The notes beneath the pieces were generated by a model, which was given only the letters and a program-made list of their open reading frames with translations, searched no databases and was not told where the DNA came from. A stretch of DNA of 64,000 bases, from the NCBI RefSeq assembly GCF_009914755.1, contig NC_060938.1. One strand, written 5' to 3'. Source of the DNA: the human T2T-CHM13v2.0 reference genome, Homo sapiens. The number at the start of each line of letters is the position of its first letter. Position 1 is the stretch's first letter. Both the position numbers and the translations under genes were made by a program. Shown piece after piece: positions 14,920 to 32,019 of this stretch.

Positions 14920-15097
14920 CAACTTGTAGTAAGGATATATGCTAACAGCGTGACTTATTGTTGATGATATTAACTTTGATTACCTGACCAAAGTAGTGTT
15001 GAACAGCTTTTTCAACTGTAAAGGCATTCTCCTCTCTTCCACACTGTAGTTTTTGAAAGCAAGTCACTATTTGCTACAACCCACACTCAAGAGACAG
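14920..15097 (-). mobile_element. L1MC/MD-type 3' end fragment
   Basis: 'gatgatattaactttgattacctgaccaaagtagtgtt...caactgtaaag'; appears to continue at ~16180. Confidence 0.5.
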
Positions 15098-15307
15098 TGT
15101 CTTAGTCTATTTGGGCTACTATAACAAAATATCATGAACTGAGTGGCTTAAAAATAACAGAAATTTATTCCTTACAGTTGTGGAGTCTTGGAACTCTTAA
15201 GTTCAAGGTATTGGCAGATTTAATGTCTGGTTAGGGTCCACTTTCTGTTTCATAGAGGGCGCCTTCTTGCTGTGTTCTTAGATGATAGAATGGGGTGAGG
15301 CAGCTAT
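15098..15307 (-). mobile_element. MLT1A/MSTD-like MaLR LTR, partial
   Basis: 'tgtcttagtctatttgggctactataacaaaatatcatgaactgagtggctta'. Confidence 0.75.
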
Positions 15308-15535
15308 CTCACTGCAACCTCCACCTCCGGGTTCAAGCGATTCTTCTACCTCAACCTCCTGAGTAGCTGGGATTACAGGCATCTGCCACCACATCTGGCT
15401 AGTATTTTGTATTTTTAGTAGAGATGTGGCTTCACCATGTTAGGCAGGTTTGTCTTGAACTCCTGACCTCACATGATCCATCCACCTCAGCCTCCCAAAG
15501 TGCTGGGATTACAGGGTGAGTCACTGCGCCCGGCC
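15308..15535 (-). mobile_element. AluS fragment lacking tail and end of right arm
   Basis: Starts at 'ctcactgcaacctcc', ends 'gcgcccggcc'. Confidence 0.88.
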
Positions 15536-16180
15536 TAGCAAAATTTCAAGTATACAATACAGTATTGTGTTAACTCTAGTCTCCATGCTGTACACCAGAT
15601 CTTCAGAACTTATTCATCTTATAACTGAAAGTTTGTGCACGTTCATCAACATGCATCCATTTCCCCTAACCGCCAGGCCATTGTCCATTAGCAACCAGTA
15701 TTCTACTCTCAGTTTCCATGAGTTGGATTTTTATGAATTCCACATATCAGTGAGATTGCACAGTATTTATCTTTCTGTGTCTGGCTTTTTCACTTAGCAT
15801 AATCCATCCAGATTTATTCATGTTGTTGCAAAAGACAGTATTTCTTCTTTTTTATGGCTGATTAGTATTCCATTGTGTATATGTACTACATTTTCTTTAT
15901 TTATTCATCTGTTGATAGCATTCAAGTTGTTTTCATACCTTGGCTATTATAAATAATGCCGCAATGAGCAAGAGAGTGCAGATATTTCTTTGAGCTAATG
16001 ATTTTATTTACTTCGAATATATACCCAGAAATGATCGTTCTATTTTTAATTTTTTGAGGATTCTGCAAACTGTTCTTTGTAGTAGTTGTACCAATTCACA
16101 TTCCCATCAGCAGTGTACTGGGGTTCTCTTTCTCCACATCCTCACCAAGAGTCGTTATTTCTCATCTTTTTGAGAGTAGC
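15536..16180 (-). mobile_element. L1MA-type (MA8-10-like) 3' end fragment
   Basis: 'tttcaagtatacaatacagtattg...cagatcttcagaacttattcatctt' followed by antisense ORF2 C-terminus. Confidence 0.75.
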
Positions 16181-16521
16181 TGTACTCTAGGCTCATCTTG
16201 TGTATTCCCTGCTCATCTTTGGATTAGGCCATTTCTCCAAGGAATCTTGATTTATTTTATTGGAGAACAGTTTTAGAAACAAAGACCTGGTAGTTGAGTG
16301 TGTCAGTTTTACTGTAGTGTTGCTACTTCTAGGTCTTCAACTGATAGAACTAGAGAATATATATATGTGTACTAACTCATGTTTACACAAATATATATAA
16401 TCATTTACCTACTTATATATTTGTATCTGTATTACGCTAGACATAAGTTCACACAGCTGTCCCTAACTCTAATCCATTACCACGTGGTTCATTCTAGTTT
16501 CCCCTGTCCTTGCCTATCTGA

Positions 16522-17185
<664 letters not shown>

Positions 17186-18379
17186 CTTTTTGTGGTACAT
17201 CTTTATGGGTTTCAACAAACGCATAGCATTTTATATCCACCACTACACTACAATATGGATTAATTCCATTGAACTGAAACATCTTAGTGCCTCTCCTAGT
17301 CAAATACTCTCCCTTCCACAATCATTTGAATATCCTGATCTGTCTTTCAGTCCAACAGTTTTCCCTTCTCCAAAATGTCATACGAATGGACTTCAACATA
17401 GAGACTTTCAGCCTGACTTCTTATGTATAGCAACATCCACTTAAAGTTCATCTAAGTAGCTCCATGAGTTAATAGCTTATTTATTTTTATTACTGAGTAA
17501 TATTCCATTATATGGATGTACCACTGTTTATTGATCCATTAATCCAACTACAGGATATTATTTCAACATTGCTTGAAATTTTTGGTGATTATGAATAAAA
17601 CTGCTAAAAACATTCATCTGCATGTATTTTTTAGACATATATTTTCAAATCAATTGTGTAAATATTCAGGAACACGCTTGCTACCTTGGATGATAAATCT
17701 AAGTTATATTTAGTAAGATACTGCCAAACTACATTGCAAAGTGCCTTTTTGTATCCCCAGCAGCGATGAATGAGAGGTCCTGCTGCTCTGAGTCCTTGCC
17801 AGGTTTGGGAATTGTCAGTGAAGAGTCTATTTAGATCTTTTGCCTTGTTATTAATTAAGTACAAGCTCTTTATCAGATATATTATTTGTAAATATTTTCT
17901 CCCAGTTTATGACTTGTCTTTTCATTCTTGCAACTGCATCCTTCACAGAGCAAAATATTTTAAAATTTTATTTAAAGTTTAATTTTTCATTATGTTCTTT
18001 CATGAGTTATACTGTTAATGCTGTACTTTAAAACACACAGTCAAGCCCTAGGTAATGTAGATTGTTGTCCTATGTTTTCTTCTAGATGCAGAATTTCTTT
18101 TTCACTCTTTTTGCTGTAAGTTTTTATGTGTTTTGACCCTATTTGTGTAAGTATATTTTTGGAATCTCTATTGTGTTCCAGTGATCGGTATTTCTATCTT
18201 TTTGTTAATAGCAAACAGTTGTAATTACTGAAGCTTAATAACATGCTTTAAAATCAGGTAATAGGAGTCTTGCAAATTTTTTTTTTGAAAAATTGTTCTG
18301 ATTATTTTAGTAGCTTTACCTTTCCACATAAATATTGAACCATCTTATGAACAGAACATCTACAAAAAGCTTGCTGAGA

Positions 18380-18641
<262 letters not shown>

Positions 18642-18789
18642 CATCTTGCTGGGATTTTTATTGAGATTCTGTTAAATTAATAGATGGAATTGGGAAAAAT
18701 TAACATCTTAACATTATGGAATGTTCAATTCTTTCTTTTTTTCATTGCTGAATATAAAAAAAAATTTAAACTTAAAAAATACTAATTAT

Positions 18790-19804
18790 AGTAGCATAAA
18801 CATTGAAGCACATAGACATAAATATAGCAAAATATGTTAACATAAGTTTTAAAGAACAGAAATCAACAGAGTATGTTCTCTGACCATGTGGGAATTAAAA
18901 TAGAAATCAATAACAGAAAGATAATTTTGACAAACACCAAATTTGTGAAAATTACTCAACATACTCTAAATTGCCATGAGTCAAAAAAAAAAAAAAAAAA
19001 AGAAATCAGTATTAGGAAATACTTAGAAATGAATATTAGTAACAACATGAATTTTCAAAATGTGTGAGATGAAGCTAAAGTGTATACTACAAGGTAATTT
19101 AGTAACTATGTTTACAAATCAAAAATACATGGAATTTATAATATATGTCTCAAATTTATAAAGTTAGAAAAAAGAAACTAAAGATAACAGTGGAAGTCAT
19201 TAAAAATGAAAATGAACAAAAAGTAAAGAATGTCAACAAAGTAAAAAGGCAATACTTGAAAAGACTAGTAAAATTTGTAATCCTCTGGAAAGAGAAAAGC
19301 TACAAATTACCAAAATAAGAAATGAAATAATGGATGTCATTTCTCAGTACTACATTACTAAGAAAATGCAACAAATAATTCGGTGTGAATAAGTTTGACA
19401 ACGTGAATGGAGTAGAAAAAAATTGTTTTGAATTTTTTGAAAGACGTAATTGGCACAAGACATAGAAAAATCTCAACAGTATTATTTATATTTAAAAAAA
19501 TAAAATTTTAATGATGGAATCTTCTTGCAAAGATAACTCTAGGACTGTTTTGCTTCACTAGTGGATTCTAGGCATTTAAGAAAATGACAATATACTAATT
19601 ATATTAGAAAATAGAAGAAAAAGAAGTATTTAAAACTTATTTTATTAGGCAAGTATGTCTTTGATTCCAAAACCAGACAAGGATACTCAAACAGAGAAGT
19701 ATTGCAGACAAATACCTCTCATGAATAAGAGGCAAATATTTCTTTTAAAAATATCAGCAAATTGAATGCTACATATAAAACATATTACAAGAAAATATGG
19801 TTTA
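18790..19804 (+). mobile_element. Ancient L1M ORF2 remnant (end of endonuclease to RT start)
   Basis: ORF 18873 'MFSDHVGIKIEINNRK' is the SDH motif; 'tttgcttcactagtggattcta' resembles GFTxEFY. Confidence 0.8.
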
Positions 19805-19916
19805 CCGCACCTGGCTCGGAGGGTCCTACGCCCACGGAGTCTCGCTGATTGCTAGCACAGCAGTCTGAGATCAAACTGCAAGGCGGCAGCCAGGCTGGGG
19901 GAGGGGCGCCCGCCAT
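19785..19916 (-). CDS. Truncated LINE-1 ORF0 (43 aa; ~37 aa ORF0 plus flank-derived tail)
   Basis: MAGAPPPAWLPPCSLISDCCASNQRDSVGVGPSEPGA is the ORF0 N-terminus; VNHIFL* comes from the TSD/flank; expression unknown. Confidence 0.7.
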   Translation of the reverse strand: MAGAPPPAWLPPCSLISDCCASNQRDSVGVGPSEPGAVNHIFL

Positions 19917-20100
19917 TGCCCAGGCTTGATTAGGTAAACAAAGCAGCTGGGAAGCTCGAACTGGGTGGAGCCCACCACAGCTCAAGGAGGCCTGCCTGCC
20001 TCTGTAGGCTCCACCTCTGGGGGCAGGGCACAGACAAACAAAAAGACAGCAGTAACCTCTGCAGACTTAAATGTCCCTGTCTGACAGCTTTGAAGGGAGC
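19870..20100 (-). promoter_or_regulatory. L1 antisense promoter region (retained)
   Basis: Corresponds to ~nt 400-600 of the L1 5'UTR, immediately upstream of ORF0; activity not shown. Confidence 0.55.
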
Positions 20101-20371
20101 AGTGGTTCTCCCAGCACGCAGCTGGAGATCTGAGAACGGGCAGACTGCCTCCTCAAGTGGGTCCCTGACCCCTGACCCCCGAGCAGCCTAACTGGGAGGC
20201 ACCCCCGAGCAGGGGCACACTGACACCTCACATGGCAGGGTATTCCAACAGACCTGCAGCTGAGGGTCCTGTCTGTTAGAAGGAAAACTAACAAACAGAA
20301 AGGACATCCACACCAAAAACCTATCTGTACATCACCATCATCAAAGACCAAAAGTAGATAAAACCACAAAG

Positions 20372-21388
20372 ATGGGGAAAAAACAGAACAGAAAAACTGG
20401 AAACTCTAAAACGCAGAGCGCCTCTCCTCCTCCAAAGGAACGCAGTTCCTCACCAGCAACGGAACAAAGCTGGATGGAGAATGACTTTGACGAGCTGAGA
20501 GAAGAAGGCTTCAGACGATCAAATTACTCTGAGCTACGGGAGGACATTCAAACCAAAGGCAAAGAAGTTGAAAACTTTGAAAAAAATTTAGAAGAATGTA
20601 TAACTAGAATAACCAATACAGAGAAGTGCTTAAAGGAGCTGATGGAGCTGAAAACCAAGGCTCGAGAACTACGTGAAGAATGCAGAAGCCTGAGGAGCCG
20701 ATGTGATCAACTGGAAGAAAGGGTATCAGCAATGGAAGATGAAATGAATGAAATGAAGCGAGAAGGGAAGCTTAGAGAAAAAAAGAATAAAAAGAAATGA
20801 GCAAAGCCTCCAAGAAATATGGGACTATGTGAAAAGACCAAATCTACGTCTGATTGGTGTACCTGAAAGTGATGGGGAGAATGGAACCAAGTTGGAAAAC
20901 ACTCTGCAGGATATTATCCAGGAGAACTTCCCCAATCTAGCAAGGCAGGCCAACGTTCAGATTTAGGAAATACAGAGAACGCCACAAAGATACTCCTCGA
21001 GAAGAGCAACTCCAAGACACATAATTGTCAGATTCACCAAAGTTGAAATGAAGGAAAAATGTTAAGGGCAGCCAGAGAGAAAGGTCGGGTTACCCTCAAA
21101 GGGAAGCCCATCAGACTAACAGCGGATCTCTCGGCAGAAACCCTACAAGCCAGAAGAGAGTGGGGGCCAATATTCAACATTCTTAAAGAAAAGAATTTTC
21201 AACCCAGAATTTCATATCCAGCCAAACTAAGCTTCATAAGTGAAGGAGAAATAAAATACTTTACAGACAAGCAAATGCTGAAAGATTTTGTCACCACCAG
21301 GCCTGCCCTAAAAGAGCTCCTGAAGGAAACGCTAAGCATGGAAAGGAACAAACGGTACCAGCCGCTGCAAAATCATGCCAAAATGTAA
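20372..21388 (+). pseudogene. L1 ORF1p, disrupted
   Basis: MGKKQNRKTGNSK...QNHAKM*; +1 A frameshift ~20780, CAG>TAG ~20964, -1 A ~21058. Confidence 0.95.
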
Positions 21389-21451
21389 AGACCATCAAGA
21401 ATAGGAAGAAACTGCATCAACTAACGAGCAAAATAACCAGCTAACATCATA

Positions 21452-25278
<3,827 letters not shown>

Positions 25279-26125
25279 ACAATGAGATCACGTGGACACA
25301 GGAAGGGGAATATCACACTCTGGGGACTGTGGTGGGGTGGGGGGAGGGATAGCATTGGGAGATATACCTAATGCTAGATGACGAGTTAGTGGGTGCAGCG
25401 CACCAGCATGGCACATGTATACATATGTAACTAACCTGCACAATGTGCACATGTACCCTAAAACTTAAAGTATAATAAAAAATAAATTAATTAATTAAAA
25501 AAAAGAAAATATGGCTTATCCCAATAACATAGGATTCGTTTAAGATACAAAAATATACAAAAATTATTTAGTGTAACACATTAATAGAAAAAAGAAAAAT
25601 ATTATGTGATCCTTTCAGAGTATTAAAAAATGACTAAATTTAATATCCACTGATGAAAATTATCTCATCAAACTAGAAACAGAAGGACATATCTTTAATG
25701 AATGAAGTTATTAAAAATTTCTGTAGCTAGTATCATACTGAATATGACATAGTGCATTTCCCCCCTGAAGTTAAAAACATAGCAAATGATTTTTCTCTCA
25801 CTTTTTCATTTAACATATGAGGAGATACTGGCTAGTATATATAATAAGTCAAGGAAAAGAAATAGATATAGAGCTTACAAAGACAAAAATAAACTGTCTT
25901 TCTCATATGACCTCTTTTGTGTGTAGAAAACTCTAAGGAATCTACCAAATAATACATATTAGGACTAAAAATAAATATACCAGTGTTGCAGAACATGTTA
26001 ATACGCAAAAGTTAATTCTATCTTTTAATACTATCAATTAAATGATGGAAAATAAAATTAAGGAAATCTATAAAAATATCTACTAGAGGCAATTAGTGAA
26101 TTCCACAAAAATTCAGGTCACTAAG

Positions 26126-26490
26126 TGCTATGGTCTGAGTGTTTGCATTCCCCTCTTATTCATATGTTGAATCCTAATCAACAGTGCGATGGTTTGAGGA
26201 GGTAGGGCCTTTGAGAATTAATTAGTGCATGATAGCAGAGCCCTCATGAATGGCATTAGTGCCCTCATGAAAGAACAACTTGAGAGCTGCCTTGTCCCTT
26301 CTGCCACGTGAGAACACGCCTAGAAGATGTCCTCTATGAGGCAGAAAATAGCCTTAAACAGACTTTGACTCTGCTGGCACCTTGATCATGGGGTTGCCCA
26401 GCCACGAGAACTGTGAGAAACAAATCTCTTTTGTTTATAAGGTATCCTGTTTATGGTGTTTTGTTATAGCAGCACTAATGAATTAAGACA
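26126..26490 (+). mobile_element. MLT1A0-like MaLR solo LTR
   Basis: 365 bp, TGCTATGG...TAAGACA; perfect TSD CTAAG. Confidence 0.88.
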
Positions 26491-26793
26491 CTAAGTTAGT
26501 ATCAAAAAATTACTTAATTTCTATGCATTAGCAATGACCAATTAGAAAACAAAATTTTTAAAAGAACAATTTACACTAACATTTAAAAACATAAAATACT
26601 TTATGGTAAATTTAATGAAAAATATTTAAGACTTCTTCTCTGAAAGCTCATTGAGTAGACTCTAAGAGTATTTTAGGGATAGAAGAGAAGTGAACAAAGT
26701 CCTTTTTCTAAGGTAAAAATGACACTGGTAAAGTGGAGAAAGGAGCAAATACAGTATTTTTGGAATTGCCAAGTAGTTCCTTCACCTCCGTAT

Positions 26794-27043
26794 CATGGTT
26801 CTTCAGGTTCCAGATGCGAAGAGTCTTACCCCATGACACAGAGACTAAAATCAAACCGCCACTGGGTGTAAAGCTCAGATCTGCTACAACATCTTGGTGG
26901 CTGGAAAGATTCAAAAGCAGGAGCCCCGTCTGCATCTCCCATATCTTGATCTGCCTAACATTGAGTCTCATAGCAAGGACCAGGCAAGAGACATCTGGCA
27001 CTTGAGGGTGGTTGTGTGCCCAGAGCTTCCTGCTGGGTGGGAA
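26794..27043 (-). pseudogene. WSB2: Processed fragment of WSB2 (WD repeat and SOCS box 2), part of exon 3 plus exon 4
   Basis: - strand reads PPSRKLWAHNHPQVPDVSCLVLAMRLNVRQIKIWEMQTGLLLLNLSSHQDVVADLSFTPSGGLILVSVSWGKTLRIWNLKNH. Recalled WSB2 is PPSRKLWARHHPQVPDVSCLVLATGLNDGQIKIWEVQTGLLLLNLSGHQDVVRDLSFTPSGSLILVSASRDKTLRIWDLNKH (~80% identical). This is a copy, not the gene itself. Confidence 0.9.
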
Positions 27044-28914
27044 ATGAGTAATGAAATAAAGATATATAGCATGTGTATGGATTAAAGCACTTCATTTATG
27101 AATATTTTAATTTTCCCCAAATTGATATATAGATTTAATGCAATCTCAATATCCTAGCAAAAATTTACAAATAAATTAACTCACTGTTTAAAAATTTATA
27201 TAGAAAAACAACAAAGTAATTCTGAGAAAAAGAACAGATTTAGAGAACTTACTCTAATTCGCTTCAAGATTCATTATCAATAAAATATATAATCATCAGG
27301 ATATTGTGATATTGGTGAAACAAAGGACCATGAATGGTATGGCATAGAAGAAAAAGTTTTTAAAAATTCCAGATAAAAGCCTCAAATGATTTTGACCCAG
27401 TAGCCAAAGAAGTCAATTGGGAAACAAAAATTGTTTACAACAAATAGTGTTTAAACAACTATATATATATACACACACACAAACACACATATACACATTC
27501 ATATATATATGAACCCTTGACTTCCATATCACATTTGAAAATTAATAGAATATGAATAATAGACCTAACATAAAAGCTAAAAGTAAAAGACTTCTGTGGA
27601 CAAAAATAGAATATCTTCATGACATTATTTGTGGAGACTCAAAAAGTATCACTGGACATTTTGCTACATTAAATCAAATATCACTTTATTTTGTAAAATA
27701 GAAGGAGGAAGAGAAACCCTGAGAGGCCCTTCTGTGACAATATATTCTAAAAGATGTAATTTCTCCAAAGACATGCCAAAATACAGTTGTAAGAAATGGT
27801 TTATAAATAAATATGAATCCATTTAATAAAAGAAAATATGAATACTGGTTTGAAAATGTATAATTACAATATATAAAAATATGCACTAAGATGCATTTTT
27901 TTAAAGAACGTAGTGATTTGTTTAATTAAAATTTGATTTCTGAAGACATATAAAAATTTTTATAAATGAACAGAATTCATTTCTAACAGAATTTGATGAA
28001 CTGTTACGTGACTAAAGTACTAGTAAAGAAAAAGAATGTTAAATTGAGGATTTATTATTAACATTAAGAAAATTAGGAATAAAAAAGTATTTAAATTAAA
28101 TGAGATGCAGATAATTATCAGGAAAATAGAGGATATTATTTAAATAATTTTATCTGGATATACAAAATTAAAAAGAAAATAACAATGTTTCTAAAGTTGT
28201 AACATTTTCAAATATTAAGTGGAGTCAAACACAATAAATTAAATAATCAAAAAGGAAATTAAAAAAATTCCAGAATCTACTATGTAAAGGCTTTGACTTA
28301 GTGCACTATGAATGGCAAAGGGCATAAAATATATCATTGGTATCAAAAAGCTCAGATCCTAACTAAAAAGATAAAAGACACTGGTAAAAGAAAGGCTTTG
28401 TAAGGAGCACATAACCAGTACTCCATGATTTGTGTGCACAAGTGCTGCTGGAGATAAGATCGATCTTTTTGAAGTATGGTATTTATTAGTTAGAAATAAA
28501 TATAAATGATAACATAAAGCTATGAGTTCACAGATTTATTTTTTCTTTGTCTTCCCTAAGTTTAGGAGTAAAGCTTACTATAGTAGCCATCTTGATTTGT
28601 TATCAATCAAAGGTAGGGCTGAGACTGCCAAACTGTAGCCCTGAAACAAATCCAGGGAGCAGCATCTATGTCCAAATACTTACTCTGAATCATGGCAATG
28701 AACTGTGTTCTTAGGATCCATTCCAACAAAGTAATCCAGGAAATCAGGTAGCCAGAAAAGACAAAATTTGTCTCACTGCACAGAAATATTTTTCTTAGAG
28801 AAGACAATGGAAATATAGGCTTTGTTTATCATAGAAATAGCTGATATATTCTTATTATGAATTAATTTTATTCTTTTCAATTTGCAATAGACATGGAATA
28901 CACCTTAGCATAGA

Positions 28915-29100
28915 AGACAGAAGAACAGTATCATAATGATAACTCTTTTGTTGACAAGTTGTTGGAATTTCTGAAAGTCACTTAACCTCCATAAGACAGT
29001 TTATTTTCCTAAACAAATAGAAAGTAACAATCTCAGATTGTTATAACTAAAATTTAGATAAGATAAACAAATGAAAGCAAGCATATATTCAGAATACCCA
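28915..29100 (+). mobile_element. Degraded MIR
   Basis: 'aagtcacttaacctccataagacagtttattttcctaaac'. Confidence 0.45.
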
Positions 29101-30689
29101 GTATATCTGAAAAAATTTCTTGACAAGAACTTTATTTGGGCAATTTTGTGATATTATGCATTATCATCTTGTTTGCTCTATCTGTAAAAGAAGCAATATT
29201 GTACTTGTTCCTATTTCTCCTCAAAGGTTTAGTAACATCAAAGTGGATTAATAACCTGAAGTATTTATATATATATAAAAATTCAGTGATACATGATATA
29301 ATGCTAAAAAAGAGCCAGTTGGTTTTTATCTTGGAACTTACTTTCTGCTGTAAATAGAGAGAAATCTATGCCTTAGCAGTTTCTGTTCACCCATAATAAA
29401 TACATATGCAATGCTATTTTATTAAAATAATCTTCATTATATATTCTATCTCAATAATATCTATTAGTAAAAGCTATTGATATCGGTAATATACTTGTCA
29501 TTAAAAAATTAACAATGCTGTATTTGGCACCATGTAATTAGGGAAGGATAATATTTTAATTTCTTCTAATTCTTACTGTACCAGATTAAAATTTTTGATT
29601 TTGTGGAGATAACGTCTTCAATCAAAAATAGTGTTTCTATTTATGATAATCTTAGTCCTTATGCAGATCAGTTTTGTGAGCTGATATTTGCTGAAGAGAG
29701 ATACATTTCCATAAATCATATGAGGAATGTTGTTTAGGATCAACACTGTAATAAGGTTAGCTACATCATTAGCAGAATTATCTTTAAATATACACAATTT
29801 GCTTTTTTTAAAAAAAAGGTGCAGCATGTATCTTTCATTTAATATAAAATCTCACACAAATATCCTAAGCAAACCTCACAATAATGGAATAAAAGCAGAT
29901 AATAAACTTCATTTTGCTATGCAGGCCAGTAGTATCCACGTATGTAAAATCAGAGTTGAATATTTTTGGCTTAAAATACCCAATCTCCGATTTTCATACA
30001 ATACACTAAGCCACCATAAGTTAAAACCTGAATTTGCAAGTCCAATGACTCTATGATCCTGCCAGCAGTGAACAATGCTGATTAAGGACCATATGTCATT
30101 TAGTGATTATTTCATGACACAATGATCATTTCAAATTGCTAATGCAACAAAAGAAGGATTTTCATAAAAATATAATTTTGAATACTATTTCATTTTCGAG
30201 ACAAATGCCTATTTATTGTTTTTTATTCCCTCCAAAATCCCATGGAACAGGTCAATATGTAAATAAGTCATTAGCCAAAGGGAAGGGAAATAAATAAATC
30301 CCTGTACTCAACCCTAATAAGATTTCAGATGAGCTCCTAGTAATAAGCATATGAAAATGATAGATACATTCCCTACTTCCTCCAGGGAATTTCTATCTGA
30401 CCTAGTTGCAATGCTACAGAGTTGAGTAGGTTTTCTACATAAAAGTCTTGAAAAAATGTTAAGGGAAATTTGGGAAGCTTTGTGACTTCTAAAGGTATTA
30501 AAAGAGAAGTGAAATAACTCAGGTTTAAGTGAGTCAAACAAAATAAAGCCTTGATTTTATAAAACTGGAAAAAAAGAGTAAAACTTTTGTCAGTGATTAT
30601 ATTAATGTATCATATTTCAATATAATGTGGACATATATATGCATACATTTATATATATATGTATGTATTGGTATTTTTTTCTTTTTCAG

Positions 30690-30809
30690 GACTCAAAAGC
30701 AACTGGCAGATTAAAAAAATAGCTAAAAACAGAAAAATATATAGCTCCAGAGTACCCTGAAGCTAAGGCCACTTGCAATCAAGGCCCTTCATAAAATGAC
30801 AGCCAGCAG
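30690..30809 (+). other. Candidate 120-nt non-coding exon
   Basis: Acceptor TTTTTTTCTTTTTCAG|G and donor CAG|GTGAGC; stops in all three frames. Confidence 0.35.
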
Positions 30810-31642
30810 GTGAGCACTGTGAGACAGAGGGGCCAATGGAGTGCAGGCTGCTTGGGCCAGACAATGCACAAGTGATTGCAAATGTGTCAGAACTGTATTT
30901 CACTACAATCACCCAACACAGCCCAGGGTGGTGCGAGTTTCTGTTGACAAAATTGTATGATGTTAAGTTTCTCCAATATAGAACATATTTTCAGGAGAGG
31001 ATGCCCTGGCATCTAGAATCCACGTGCTTTTATAGTTAACAAAAAAAAAAAAAAGGAAGAAAAAGAAGAAAATAGGATTTCTGTGACCCTTCCCTTTCAA
31101 AGACCCCATTTGAAATATGAGAAATGTTCTGTGGAAGAGAAATAAGACCATTTAGAATAATGCAGGAATTTAACTAGCTTTGTAGGAAAAAAGAGAGCAC
31201 GTTTCACTGAAAATTTAAGTCAAAAATGGAAATAGCATGCGAGGAAGACAAAAATGAGTTGAACAGGTCCAGTTTGTTGTAAACCAGGTCTCTGAGGGGG
31301 AGCGAGACTTAAGAGTAAGCTCAATTGAAAGCAGTGAGAGAAATGTCTTAGGAAAAAAGGACAAACAATTAGAGACTAAATTCATTACTCGGGATTTCTA
31401 CAGCTACCTCTCATTTCTCCACCATCATTCCTGCTTGCCCCAACATTCATCCTTGAAGTCCGGGGTATTATTGCTTAGCTTGCTTGAGATTTTGAGTTCA
31501 GGATGAAGGATGAAAGAGAATTTAGGTCAATTTATCTAGTCAATGTATTAAAGTTGCATGCCAATGAAAACATTGAAAGATTTGTTACAAAATTATAAAA
31601 CTACATTTTTTGAATCATACTACGGACTAGACATAGGTATGA

Positions 31643-32019
<377 letters not shown>

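Larger units (their letters stand above)
25503..27660 (+). mobile_element. Continuation of the ancient L1M ORF2 remnant
   Basis: 'atggcttatccca' (GFIP-like) resumes after the L1PA2 TSD; 'ccccaaattgatatatagatttaatgcaatc' resembles PKLIYRFNAI. Confidence 0.8.

Noticed and set aside
26708-27001. 97-aa ORF as a functional new WD40 microprotein
   Set aside because: Start is a GTG (Val of WSB2), no promoter or splice acceptor is evident, and conserved WD residues are mutated in a CpG-decay pattern; treated as a pseudogene fragment.
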